This document shows positions 24,970 to 37,959 of a stretch of 64,000 nt of DNA, piece after piece. Both the position numbers and the translations under genes were made by a program. A model generated the notes under the pieces. That model was given only the letters and a program-made list of their open reading frames with translations. It ran no database searches and was not told where the DNA came from. Each line of letters begins with the position of its first letter. Position 1 is the first letter of the stretch. This stretch comes from Heteronotia binoei (lineage: Eukaryota), in contig NC_083243.1 of NCBI RefSeq assembly GCF_032191835.1, forward strand, positions 143,220,001 through 143,284,000. The letters are read 5' to 3'.

Positions 24970-25819
24970 CCTCCCCCCTCCCAAGCTCACCTGTGGAGAT
25001 GTTACAATGCCTGGGAATGTGGGGGCTATCTGGGAGAGGATGACTTTCATTTTTCAGATTGGAATCTCTGTGAAATGTGTTGTAAATAGTTAGACCTTCA
25101 AAGGTCTTGGAGGTGGGGAGGAAGCCTGTGCTTTTTTGAATTACTTAACATTGTCCATGCTTATTGCGCTCACTTCAGGTGAAGTTTCCCAAGGGAGAAG
25201 TATGCACTTGTAACATATCAATAAAGTTTCCCTATGTCTTCATAGTCGAAGTCTATCTGAGAGTTAGTTGGCAAAACCTCACAGTTTTGCCCTGCAGAAG
25301 GATAGTAAATTCTGCAGGGCATGAACATCCTCCAGCAGAACATTCCATCAGGCAGGGGTCAGACCTGAAAAGGCCCTGGCCCTAGTTGAGAACAGCCAGA
25401 TCTCTCTCGGGAGGTTCTTATTCCCAGATCATTTTCATTCCCAGGACCAGGAGGTTCTTATTCCCTGAATGTAATAGTCTTCCAGAGGCATACTGAGAAT
25501 CCTGAAAAGTATCTGCAGAGATCCATATTCTGACACAAGAGATAAAGAGTACACTTTCTTTTCAGATACTGCGATACTGCAAAGAATATGCTTCTTTTAC
25601 TAGCATTATGTGACCATACAGATTCAAGCACTTTTAAAAAAAAATCTTAAATTTAAAAAAGAAATTCACACCAAGTTGGAAGCGGTACACTCCTCTCAAA
25701 CAGTATCCAGTAGGTGTCTATGACACACAATTTCATTCTATACACCAACCACTATACATTATTTGGGGAAATGTCATTTTCTGTTAATTGGTCAGTTGAG
25801 GATGTTGTCAATGTTCCAA

Positions 25820-26120
25820 ACAAATGCATGAAATCAGAAATGGGCTGGATAAAGGTGAACAAGTTGAAACCTAATCCTGACAAGATAGAGACTCTATGAG
25901 TTAGTAGAAAAGCAGATCAGGGACTAGCGATATCTGCTGTCTTGAATGGGGCTACACTCCCCTTCAAAAGCCAGGTTTGCAGCTTAGGAGTGTAGCCTGA
26001 CTCAGACATCCCCTTAAAAAAGCAGATGGCTGTGGTGACTCACAGTGTTTTTGTCCTGCTTCAGCGACCTTTCAGCTATGCCCATTCCTGGTTCAGTCAG
26101 GTCTAGAAACAGTGATACAT
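25820..26120 (+). mobile_element. Degenerate L2 RT fragment
   Basis: Reads WIKVNKLKPNPDKIETL, a variant of the L2 WMxxNxLKLNPDKTEVL motif. Confidence 0.7.
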
Positions 26121-26951
26121 GCTTTTTTATTTTCAAATGTATTTTATTTTGGTTGCAAGTTGCTTTGAGCTCCATAAGAAAGAAACATGGCTAATAAATG
26201 TTTTGAATAAATGAAGTCCTCTGTGCCTCTCTGGATCAAGCAATTGAGTCAAATGGAGTCTCTAGCACTTAAGTGGAGGATGAGTAACCAACTATTGGGA
26301 CCTTTTTAATACTTCGGTTGAAAGATGTATAGATACGTAATACATAACTTTAACCCTCCTATTCCATAATACTTCATTATAGGAAGAAAAATGCAGGACT
26401 TTTACATTTGGCACATTAAAATTTCAGAATGAATTACAATATTTTGGCTATTTCCTGATGCTTCCTTTTCCACATTTGTGGCTACCAAAACTGAATGTAA
26501 AGTCTGCTGAGGTTTGGATTTTGTAAGACTGGAAGTTATTGGTAAGCATCAATCCACATGTTGGTAATGCAAACATAGATTTGGCCATAATTATTAAAGT
26601 TATTAATTGGAATTCATTACATCCCTGGTAGGGAATATAATATTATTTGCTCTTTCAGCAGCAAGACTATAACACACCTATATGGATACACATGTGGTAC
26701 ATTATTTTAAGATGCCTGTTCACTTCAATTATTTTCACTGCTCTGTATTTGATTATTGTTATGGCCTATGGTTAAACAATAAACTATTACAATGATAAAA
26801 GATGCTCTGAAATATGTTTAAAATATCAACTGATTCATTTTGGTACACTTAGAAAACATATCCACAGCATTAAAATTTTAACTGACATTAGCTGCATGGC
26901 AAATAACATCAGTACAACTTATTACACTGCTTCCTCTCCACTCCTTTTCAG

Positions 26952-27224
26952 ATATATGGATTAATTCCTGCATTCCGGAAGCTAGTACAGTTACATTGCC
27001 AGATGTCTCTACAGAAATGAACTCCACTTCAGCTCTCTCATATCAGGAAACTTCTAAGGAAGCTGGAACATCTAAGGAAAAACAAACCAAAAGACTTCCT
27101 CCATTGCTTCGTGTTATCTGTGTAACTCAAACCATGTTACCAACAGAAACAATAAGATACGAAGAGGAAATCACACTATCCCCAAACCGCGCAGCCTTTA
27201 AAAGTGATGGTGTCATATTTGGCG
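26952..27224 (+). CDS. LYVE1: LYVE1 exon 4 (Link extension and membrane-proximal stalk)
   Basis: Acceptor ccttttcAG; reads D-IWINSCIPE...RVICVTQ...NRAAFKSDGVIFG; donor G|GTAAAA; 273 bp, phase 1-1. WxNSCIP, ICVT and AAFK motifs match LYVE1. Confidence 0.95.
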
Positions 27225-28850
27225 GTAAAAGCTACACCCTATAACTTTGCTTATATGGTTTAGATTTATGAGAGTATTAGTATTTTTCATCATGGGTTCT
27301 GGTTTGTTTGTTTGCCTCACTGAAAGATGTGTAGATGGAAGTGAGGGAAAACCGGAAATAAGTGTGAGGTTTTTATAAAGTGGGTAAAGAAGCAAAGGAA
27401 AACATCAGCTGCAGAGGCAAAGACCTATTCCTTATTCCATATGCATTTTAAGAGAGATTCTTTTTCAAATCTAACAATTAAAATAGCAAGGGGGGAAAGC
27501 TACTAACTGGATGCATTGGTAAGAGCTACCATGTTAAAACAGAATGAGGAGTCAAATTTTCATATTGAAAAGTAATATCGACCAAGCTGAAAGATGTACC
27601 ACTAGGAAGGAATTTTTTTGAAAAGGAATGGTAACATATAAACTAATCATAGTAGGTTCTTCAAACCTCACCATGAAGCGCTAGCCCATCACGAGTAAAA
27701 AATATTAGCCCTGATCTCCTTGTTGTCTCCACATTTCTATTCATACAAAGTCCAGACATAACCTGATTGGGAGGAGCTGCATCAAAACTGAAAACAGCAA
27801 AATGTTTACCACTGACCCAATCTGGAGCAGGGTGTATAAATGATGTTTGAGAACTCAGCAAGTATTTTGCCCTGCAGCCCACCAGTTGAGTGCATTAGAT
27901 TGTTTGCATTTTTTTCTAATGAAGAACCTTTGTCGCTTAAGACATGGGACACTTTTGTCATATTTTCATATAGCATAGAGGCACTTCTTGTTGCTAGTGG
28001 GTTTCTACTATGACTTTTGGTCATTGGAAGTATGTATGGGGAGGGAGACAATGTGGCCAACCAGTTTATTGGTTGACGGACTAACAGTTACTGCTTCAGG
28101 GGAAGGAAAATAGATCCAAGCTAAATAATTATGATCCTAGCTGTAAGGAATAGAGTTTAATTTCAGTATAAAGATAATGAGTTCAACAAGTGTTTTTAAA
28201 GTCTTGTATTGAGAATTGATGATGATATTTCCTGTGCCCAGCCTGCTAACCTTCTCTAGCTGTTATTCTCCCCTCCCCCCTTCTACTTCCAACTTGAAGG
28301 GATGAAGCAGGAACAGAAAGAAATGCCAACAAAAGTGTTTTTTTGTGCCATGGGTGAAGACAGTTCTGTTTCTGCAGATTTATAGGATTTGTTAAGAAAA
28401 TAACAGCGGCTGGGTCCAATTTTGGGGTGGAGTGAGGTTTCTGGTACTGTTCCTGTTTGCTATTTTGATCCTTTTTGTTAGGTTTTATAGAATTATTGTT
28501 TCAGACACTTGGGAAGCCAATATCTAGATTGCATGGTTTTAAAAAGTGGGAAATAAATGTTTTAAATAAATAAATAAATAGCAGTAAGGCACCACTTTAA
28601 AATGGTAGCTTCTCACTGAGAGAGCAATCACAGCTAAAGCCTCATCTGCTGGCCCAAGATGGTGCAAGGGTTTCTTCTGGGAGAGGTAATTCCTCAAAAA
28701 GAAGGTCAATGTGGATTGGCATCTATTAGTCAGGGATGAATGCTGGCCAGTCTGGGAAATACCAGAAATGATGGGTACTCCTTTAAAGTCTCTGTTTCTA
28801 AAAAGTCTCTGATTCTAAAATCAGGTATCTTTTTTTGTTGTTGTCTCTAG

Positions 28851-28929
28851 GTATACCAACTGCTCTCCTGGTTCTAGCACTTATCTTCTTTGTAGCTACA
28901 GTTATTTTAGCTGTCTGCTATATTAAAAA
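28851..28929 (+). CDS. LYVE1: LYVE1 exon 5 (transmembrane helix)
   Basis: Acceptor tgtctctAG; reads G-IPTALLVLALIFFVATVILAVCYIK; donor AA|GTGAGT; 79 bp. Confidence 0.96.
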
Positions 28930-30243
28930 GTGAGTTTGTTTTGGTTTTTTGTATTTGGTGCAAACACATTTGTGCTGATCCAATTAGTTGGCAATATATT
29001 TTTCAAGTTTATATTTATGATACATCACTAGTGCGTGCTGTGCCTTGATGTATATTCTTGGATGTATTTGCCTGTCCTATTGCATGCAATCTTGGAGTAA
29101 TGTCTGGGCATATACATTCATTGGCAAAAAATACCCTCCTACCACAACCTATCCACTCCTTTTATGCAGCAGATATACAATACAGATAAAGTGTATTCAG
29201 GGCTTCTTTTGAGCAGGAACACAGTTCCAGCTGGCTTGATGTCAGGGGGTGTGGCCCAGTACGCAAATGAGTTCCTCCTGGGCTTTTTCTATTTATAAAA
29301 AAAGCCCTGGGTGTACTCATATATGAATTTACATGCATTGGTATCTGTTCAATATAAAATGTTCACCACACAGTGAGGTACCCTAGTAGCCTGATGTCCA
29401 TCCATGTGTCTCACCACATGTGCATTCTACATATGGAAGAAGAGTGTTAATCAACCCATAATCTTACAACAAATTTTCTTTTAAAACAACTTTTTGGCTT
29501 TCTTGATTAACTTAGCACAACTTAGTGTACAGTCATTCAAAGCAAAAGTTCTTAAATTCTTATACAGTACTCCTTAATACTTGACCTTTTAAATAATTTA
29601 AATAATCATAAGTGAACCAAGCACTAAGAGTTTTGAAGCTGGTAGCATTGCAGTACTCCAGTACCAAACCAGAATATTGGAGCCACAGCAACAGTCATTA
29701 GTTTTGCCATTCCAATGGTAAACCTATGACTCTACGCAATTGTGATGCTTTTTAGTATTTATGTGACACATGTGAGGGCAGAAAGAAGGCAGAGCTAGCA
29801 GTGCAGCATCCTAATGATAATTTAAGTTGTTTTTGCATCCATTTATATTTTTACTTTCATCCTTCCTCCTTAAACCACAAGAAATTCCAGGGACAGTGTT
29901 ACAGGTTTAATTTTCTTTGGATGAGGGAACACTGGAAGTTTTTTGTGACCTACTAATCTTTGTTTTATTTAAAAATATACACAATGAGCATAATGAAGGC
30001 AAATATATTTCTATAAGCAGACAGCACAGAGGGTAATACTGTTATAGCTCCATCCATTTTACAGTTCTGGATCTCTTTAAATTTGAAGTACAAACTGGCT
30101 TTCTTCATACAGATCAAAGCTCAAGACATAAATTGCCCATTCAAGAATACATCCCATTAATTAAATAATGTTCTTTTGTTAAATGTTCTGGAATTCATGT
30201 TCTTTAGCTCCAGGGGTTCTTGGAAGAGACTGATTTTCCGGAC

Positions 30244-31218
30244 CAGGGGTGGCCAAACTTGCTTAACATAAGAGCCACATAGAATAAACGTGAGATGTTT
30301 GAGAACCACAAGACATGAACAAATATTGCATACATGTCTTTATTAAAATTCTTAATATAGTCTTTGCACAGAGAGATAAAATACATATGTATGCACTTTA
30401 CAACACAACTATGCTAGGAGACTTTTTAAAAATTGGGAATAACAGTCCCCATAAAACAAGCATAAGGAAAGGCTAGGGAATTATTTTTTGGCACCAGTGG
30501 GAGAAGGAAACACACATGTACCATAGAAATCACTGACCACCATTTGCATCATTATGTGTTTCTCTATGGGTGTTTTCGCACTCACCTTCAGCCGGCGCCG
30601 CGACCCTCTTGACGACGGAGGATCTGTGCTGATTTCCCACACGAAGCGCTGGAGCAACCAGAAGAGCCGCCAATTTCCGTCGCGAAGCCCGCTCAAGCGT
30701 TTTCCTGCTTCTTGGCGATTTACGTTTGAGCGGGCTTCGCGCCGGAAATTGGCGGCTCTTCTGGTTGCTCCAGCGCTTCGTGTGGGAAATCAGCACAGAT
30801 CCTCCGTCGTCAAGAGGGTCGCGGCGCCGGCTGAAGGTGAGTGCGAAAACACCCTATGCCTTGACACCAAGGTTAGTAAATACAGCTCCTACAAGAGCTA
30901 TAAAACTAAAGGAGACTTGGTGCCACCCTCTTTAATTTCGTCCCTCCTTCCAGTGGCTCTCTGGGTTCTTGTGCTCTTTCTTCACTCCAGGTCTCCAGGC
31001 AACCTCTGTGGTGCAGGAGAAGAGCTTGCAAGCCTGCCAGTTTCCCCCTGCTTTCCCACTTCACACATGGCAGAAATAGTCGCCTACCTATGGGTCAGCA
31101 CTGATACTAAGCACACATACTTCAGAGTAAGCCTGCATTCCTCCTCAGCCTCTGGGAGCCAAACAATGTGTGTGAAAGAGCCACATGTGGCTTCCAAGTT
31201 GCAGTTTGGCCACCCCTG
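30244..31218. mobile_element. Long hAT family A member in LYVE1 intron 5, hosting foldback MITE copy 2
   Basis: TIR caggggtggccaaact / agtttggccacccctg with family A subterminal sequence at both ends. Flanks do not form a clean TSD. Confidence 0.7.
30568..30854. mobile_element. 287-bp foldback MITE, probably PIF/Harbinger (copy 2)
   Basis: Same length and spacer as copy 1; I found one G>T difference (30680); 3-bp TSD TAT at 30565-30567 and 30855-30857. Confidence 0.9.
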
Positions 31219-31406
31219 CTATAGAATGTTCAAAATCTAAGCTCTGCACAGTTGCATAGCCTATTAGTGCGACTGAACAGATGACCTTCTGAAGAAAATC
31301 TGGTACAGGGAAGCAACTTGCCCCCCCCCCACACACACACACTCATCCATTATTTGTAAAGAGGGCAGTTTTCGTTAATCTAATTTGCATTCATGTTTTG
31401 TTCAAG

Positions 31407-31590
31407 ATACAAGCAAACATTTCCATTTTCTGGAAAGGAAGAGAAAAGGGAAGTAATTGAAACCAAGGACATCAAAGAAACAAAGCCAAATAGCAAAATT
31501 CTAGAGGAGAATCCAAAGAATGGAAAAAAGGCTGAAGAACTTCAAGTGAAACCTGAACCATCAGTAAAATGTATGGAAGCAGAAGTTTAA
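31407..31590 (+). CDS. LYVE1: LYVE1 exon 6 coding part (cytoplasmic tail, stop)
   Basis: Acceptor gttcaAG; reads K-YKQTFPFSGKEEKREVIETK...SVKCMEAEV*. The C-terminal C(M/L)EAEV is characteristic. Six exons total 936 bp (311 aa plus stop). Confidence 0.96.
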
Positions 31591-31694
31591 AGAAATAAAT
31601 ACAAGGACAATTAAAACTGACTGATTTTAAATGAACAAGAAGAAATAGGAAATGTTTTAAAAATGATTTAATTGGATAGCCATGTTGATGTGAA

Positions 31695-31790
31695 GCAGCA
31701 GAACAAAGTCTGAGTCCAGTGGCACCTTTAAGACCAACAAAGTTTTGTTCAAGGTATAAGGAAATGAAAGCTTATACCTTCAATAAAGGT
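31695..31790. mobile_element. Penelope-like terminus relic in the LYVE1 3' UTR
   Basis: cagtggcacctttaagaccaacaaagttttgttcaaggtataag...cttataccttcaataaa; same family as 36872-37025. Confidence 0.7.
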
Positions 31791-32539
31791 TTATAGGTAA
31801 CTGTAGATAATGCCAAAATGAATATTACGTCTGTTTCTGTACAATTTTTTTTCCACATTAGCTCTACCATCTTTGAATAATACCTGATTTTACAAGGAGG
31901 AACAGTTGTCCTCACAATAATGTCTACACCATTCTCAAGTGTGTTCTTTATGGACAATTGATGCCAGATCTTGGGTTGACCCCAACCGAACTAAACAAGG
32001 CCTTCTATCTAGGTCATATATGTGACTGGTCACTTCCATTCCTGTGTGGAACCCTGATTGCACAGACAGTCCTCAGTGTATAAAGTTTGGTGTATCAAGA
32101 AGCAATGCCCAAGGATTTTCTAAAAGGATGAAATAAAATAGAAGATGCAGACACAAGTTGTTTTTTTTCTAGTTATTTAACGTATTTTTTCCAAAACAGT
32201 CTTACTTTGAGCAAGCTACTTTATCTTCACTTCCTTGAGATTTTCCAATAATATAACAAAACACACATTGTAGTGAAACCCTGAAAAAGGACAAGAACTT
32301 CTCCTTAACAACTGTTTTTTTAAACAAGACATTGTCATATTTACCACCATTTTAAATTAATTATATATAACATAATGTATTAAAAACTGATGGTTGCCCA
32401 GTTCCTGTTCATCTTGCCATAATAGACCATGTTATTTTATTTACTATATTAACTACATAATTTTCTGTAGCAGGCAGAAGTATCTGTAAAACAAATCTGG
32501 ATCCCAATTGTTATGGATGCTTGTCTCACTGTACAATTC

Positions 32540-32545
32540 AATAAA
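32540..32545 (+). terminator. Candidate distal LYVE1 poly(A) signal
   Basis: AATAAA about 950 bp after the stop, followed by T/GT-rich sequence. Other AATAAA at 31594 and 31782. Confidence 0.45.
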
Positions 32546-33404
32546 CAATTATGGAAAATTATTTGTCATGTAATCTGGGGATCATCTTTAAAAACCCAAA
32601 GAGGACAAAAAAATAAGCTTCTCATGCCACGGTAAAGTCCACATGCCAAGATACAATAATAGGGTTGCTAGGACTTACCTGGCTGCCAGTGGGGAGTTTA
32701 TTCCTCTCTTCTGGACAGAAGTGACATCATCGCACCAGACACATTGCACAGGGCAATCTATAATTTGGGAGGGGACTCTATAGTCATCAGAGAGTTTTTA
32801 CCCCAAACTGATAGAGTGACCCCCACATGTTGTGCCCAGCGTGATGACATCATCACACCGGGCATGTTGGGCTTGACAGAGCTCTTTGGGAGCAGGGCTC
32901 CCCACACAAGCCAGCTCCATGCTGGTGGATTGGAGGTCCTGAAAGTAGGGGGAAACCCACCCCTATCAGGGGAATGGGGACCCTATACAGTAACTAGTTC
33001 AATAGTGATAATTCTGGTTTTTTCAGTAGCTATATCTACTCCAAAGTAAACTATATTTAGAAAGCAAAATATCCCAAATATGGGGCCTAATGGGACTCCA
33101 TTAAGTATGTATAAGATTTCAGCCTTAAAAACTCTCTTTTAATAATACTACTTTATTTTAATTGGGAAACATTTATGCAACTAAAGTATATAAGGCAGGA
33201 ATCTACTTAAGTGTATTATTGGTGCTACAAATAGCAACATTAAGCTGAAATAAAGTAATGGCACTGTGCTTAAAGCTGATAAATGAAATCATACAACAGA
33301 CTTCTTTAAAAAGTAAAAGATTATACCAGAGAACATACCTCTAGAATTCACCAGAAATTAGTTTATGCTTTGATGTCTAAGTCTGTGCAATGTTAATCAC
33401 TATG

Positions 33405-34411
33405 TTTAGACTTGCCAATCCCCAGGTCCCAGTGGGGGTTCTCCCGCTTCCCAGGCTTCTTCCCCCTCTCAGTCAGCTGGCTGGTGGGGGGAAGCCCCGC
33501 CCCACAGCCACCATGTGCTGTTCCACCTCCAGAGGCTTCAGACTCCACTTGGAAAGGCTTCCTCTTGGGATGGTGTGTCTGTGTCTTTAAGGCTGAATGG
33601 GGGTGGGGGGAGCAGGCAAAACAATATGGTTGCTCCCAGTGGCTGTGAAAGCAGCCCAGACCCTCTGTTTTTTGCACAATCTTTTCAGAGATCGTTTGCA
33701 TAGGAAAGGTAAACTTGAACCTTTTGTTGCTTTGTGTTACTTTGAAGAAATTGGAAATTCAGCAACTCTTGAGTAGAGAAGCCAATCCCCAGGTGGAAAC
33801 AGACCCTACCCCGCTTCAGAGTTGTCAGAAATGGGGGGTGGGGGGAGGGAAATGTCTGCTGGGCACTTCATTATTTCCTATGGAGATCAATTCCATAGGG
33901 TATAATGGAGAATTGAACTGGGGGTATCTGGGGCTCTGGAGGGGCTGTTTTTTTGAGGTAGAGGCACCAAAGTTTCAGCATAGCATCTGATCACTCTTCT
34001 CAGAATGCTGTCCAAATTTCAAAAAGATTGGACCAGGGGGTCCAATTCTATGAGCCCCAAAAGAAGGTGCCCCTATCCTTCATTATTTTTAATCTAGGCA
34101 AGGCCTTTAAAAGGTGTGTAGTTCCTTTGAATGTGATCACCCAGCAAGCTTTGTTTCAGTACATTCTTAGTTATTCAGTCACTATAACTTCGGTTGTGCT
34201 GTCTTTAACCTTCAGGTGATGGCTGAAAATCTCTTGCTATCACAACTGACCTCCAGGCAAGAGAGATCAGTTCACCTGGAGAAAAGGGCTACTTTCGAAT
34301 GTGAACTCTATGGCATTACACCCCATTACCTTCCCTTCCCCAAACCCCACCCTCTTCAGACTTCACTCCCAAAATCTCCAGGTATTTCCCAACCTGGGGC
34401 TGGCAACCCTA
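33405..34411. mobile_element. Composite of AGGGTTGCCA-terminated non-autonomous repeats
   Basis: Degenerate tagacttgccaatcccc start and ...ctggcaacccta end. Related pieces at about 16290-16540, 19230-19440, 22290-22400 and 32660-32990. Confidence 0.55.
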
Positions 34412-34505
34412 TCCCTTGGTAAGATCTGATTCTAAGTTAGAATTTATATATTTACTTTATAACCCACCTTTATCTCCAAGGAATCTGAAAGCAACTTTCA
34501 TCATT

Positions 34506-34687
34506 NNNNNNNNNNNNNNNNNNNNNNNNNNNNNNNNNNNNNNNNNNNNNNNNNNNNNNNNNNNNNNNNNNNNNNNNNNNNNNNNNNNNNNNNNNNNNNN
34601 NNNNNNNNNNNNNNNNNNNNNNNNNNNNNNNNNNNNNNNNNNNNNNNNNNNNNNNNNNNNNNNNNNNNNNNNNNNNNNNNNNNNNNN
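34506..34687. other. Assembly gap (182 N)
   Basis: Run of N. Confidence 1.
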
Positions 34688-34959
34688 CAAAAAGAGAGCA
34701 ACGAAATGAGCTGCTCTTCCACAAACATACAGGCCCAAGATCACCCAGCAAGCTTCCATGGCATCAGTTGGGATTTGAACCTGGGTTTCCCAGATCCTAG
34801 TCCAAGACTTTAACCGCTGCACAACCTTTATTTCCACTGCAGGTAGCACAGGGGTCTAGAGAGAACCTGGGCCAAGATATTCCAGTTCCCTTCAGTTTTT
34901 GTCCCATAATCTGCCTGAGGCTGGTGGCCCAGTTTTGACATGCCACAAATGTTCAGATG

Positions 34960-36065
34960 GACATGTGGTTGTTGTTGTTCAGTCGCACAGTCCGACTCTT
35001 TGTTACCTTATGGACGTCACACCATGCCCTCCTGTCTTCCACCATCCTCCGAAGTCTGTTCAAATTCGTGTTAGTTACATCAGTAACACTGTCCAGCCGT
35101 CTCATCTCATCAAGGAGTGATGGGGCTGTTTGCCATGATCTTAGTTTTTTGATGTTGAGTTTCAAGCCTATTTTTGCATTCTCATCTTTCACCCTTAACA
35201 AGAGGTTCTTTAGGTCCTCTTCACTTTCTGCCATTAGACTAGTGTCATCTGCATATCTGAGATTGTTGATGTTTTTCCCAACAATATTAATTCTGCCTTG
35301 TGCTTCATCCAGGCCAGCATTCCACATTATGTACTCTGCATATAAATGAAATAAGCAGGGTGACAATATACATCCTTGTCGAACTCCTTTTCCTATTCTA
35401 AACCAATTAGTTGTTCCATATCCCATTCTGACAGATGCTTCTTGACCCTTATACAGGTTTCTCAGGAGACAGGTGAGGTGGTCTGGTACTGCCATCCAAT
35501 GTTCCCTCTAAGCTGCAGAGTCTTGTGAGCAAAAATTCTACTTTGTGAGCTACTGGTATTAAAGTTGTGAGCTACTGCATAAATTAGTTTGCTCTGGGGC
35601 CATTTTTCCTGACAAAAATGTGTGAGCTGGAGCCTGAAGGCTAAAAATCTGTGAGCTAGCTCACACTAACTCATCTTAGAGGGAACACTGCTCCCATCTC
35701 TTTAAGGACTTGCCACAGTTTGTTATGATCCACACAGTCAAAGGCTTTAGTGTAGTCAATAAAGCAGAAACAGACTTTTTTCTGATACTCCATTGCTTTC
35801 TCCATAAACCAGAAAATGTTGGCAATTTGAGCTCTAGTTCCTCTATCTCTTCAAAACCCAGCTTGAACTTTTGGTAGTTCCCGATCTACATACTGCTGAA
35901 GCCTAGCTTGCAGGATCTTTTAACATGACCCTGGTGGCATGTGAAATGAGTGCAATGGTGCGATAGTTTGAACATTCCTTGGCATTACCCTTCTTTGGGA
36001 TTGGAATATAAACTGACCTTTTCCAATCTTTTGGCCGCTGTTGCGTTTTCCAAATTTACTGTGGA
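34960..36065 (-). mobile_element. BovB/RTE LINE with internal deletion and nested hAT MITE
   Basis: Reads PDHLTCLLRNLYKGQEASVR..GKGVRQGCILSPCLF..NINNLRYADDT..GLKLNIKK, then jumps to the 3' end (LDSVTDVTNTNL..VEDRRAW) and a (CAA)n tail. Confidence 0.92.
35497..35690. mobile_element. hAT MITE (CARTGTTCCCTCTAAG termini) inside BovB
   Basis: 16-bp TIR; TSD CTGCCATC/CTCCCATC. Confidence 0.85.
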
Positions 36066-36871
36066 CATGTGGACCCTTTTATTATTATAGATACATGCTA
36101 ACAGCCAGCCAAGTAATTTATTTTGTTACAATATTTAGTTTTGATCAAGATCATTTGAGATGGAGCAGCTAGAATCTTTACCAAGGAATCGAGGTGGCTC
36201 TCAGCAGCCCTGCAGGATGGCTAAACATGTAGCTTAAAAAACCCAGACTTAACTGAAAACACCCAAATGCAATTTAAACAAGCATATAAAGCAGGACAGA
36301 ACACTACTGTTGAAATAATGCAACAGTATTCCAATATCAGCAAAAAGCAGCAAGGTTTTAAATCAAGGAGGCCAAATGCTCTTCTGCATAAAGTGCTTTG
36401 GCCCAATAGAAAAATGCCACCTTTGCATCACTTCTTAGATAATAAAGCACTTCTGCAGCCTCTGTGTCCATCCAAAAAGTAAATCTAGTTTAATTTACCC
36501 CTTGAAACCATCATCTACAGGAAATACCTGAAATGACTATACAAATAATTATTGGTTCCATCCTCAGGACATGACAGTTGCTGACATTCATTAATAACAA
36601 TATCAGTTGTATTCCCACACTTAGGCTACAGATGTTTGTTGACCTTTATGAAAAGGGGGAGGTTGGACTGTGTACTTTCTTCAGGAAATACGTAAGAATG
36701 AAGCTGAAATATTAAGCCAAGTTTTGTCTCAAATACAGTATTTTGAATGTAACTCTATAAAATTGCTATAATTACATCTTCAAGATAGTCTTACCATGCT
36801 TCAGTATGATTATTTAATAAACTTCTGTCAGCTCATGACTAAAATCAGAACAACGTACTATATCTCACTCT

Positions 36872-37025
36872 GAACAAAGTTTGAGCACAGTGGCACCTTT
36901 AAGACCAACAAAGTTTTGTTCAGGGTATGAGCTTTTGTGTGAGAATGTGTGCATGCACACAAAACCTCATGCCTTGAATAAAACTTTGTTGGTCTTAAAA
37001 GTGTCACTGGACTAAAACTCTGTTC
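36872..37025. mobile_element. Palindromic Penelope-like terminus (inverted pseudo-LTR pieces)
   Basis: Arms of about 70 bp (..gtggcacctttaagaccaacaaagtttt.. / ..aaaactttgttggtcttaaaagtgtcac..) around a residual gtgtgcatgcacac stem. Confidence 0.7.
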
Positions 37026-37959
37026 TACTGCTTCAGACCAACATTGGTACCCACCTGAATCTATGTGTCACTCTGTTGGTTTAAGAAAAAAATTGTTTGG
37101 ATAAATGGCTGAACCACCCATCAAACCATTTTTGTACTATTTTTCTGGCAAGTAAAAATTGCTAGGGTCTGGGGAAGTTCTGTGGAGCATGGGCAGAACG
37201 CAATGTGGTCCATTTGCATTGCATGTTGCTACAGTCACTGGCTGGCGGGAGGAGGCCTTCTAAAACAGAGGGGGATGTTTCCAGACACCGCAGTTCTGGC
37301 CCTACATTTTCTCCAAATTAAATCCTCTACAGGAAATAAGTCTTCCTGTTATGACAGTGAAGGTGAAAGTTTAAGTAAGGACTACAGGGAGGGGAGAAAA
37401 GGGCTGCATCTACTAGAGAGAATCCCTGTCAGTGGCCTCTCTTACCCCCAAATGCAACGCTGCACTTTCCCTCCTGGTGGAAAAGCTGATGGGAGGGGAA
37501 CTTGAACAGAAGCAAGCAAATAAACACAGCAGACAAGGTTTATGTTCATCCTGTCCCCATGCCTGGCCTTCTCTCATCCCCACCTGCACTGCCTAGGAAA
37601 TGTGGGAGAAGAATGGGTTAAAAAAAAGCAGGAGGGTAGGGAATCCGTCCCCCTTTTTCTTGTATTCTGCCCTGCCTCTGAAAAGGACCTCAGGGTGTTG
37701 TAAAAGGCTGCACCCACTTCCCCCACTTTATCCTCACAGCAAGCCTGTGTGGTAGGTAAAATTGACAGAAAGAGACACTTGTCAAAGATCACTCAGCATG
37801 CTTTAGGAGTTATTTTTTTCCATGTACAAGTCAATACAATTATATTTCGTTTCATATGGTTTCATATGGTTGGCGAACGGTCAATTGTTTCTCAAATTAG
37901 TTTAGTAAATGCAAACAAGCACCCCCCCCACACACACACACAAAACACCCAAAGGTCAA

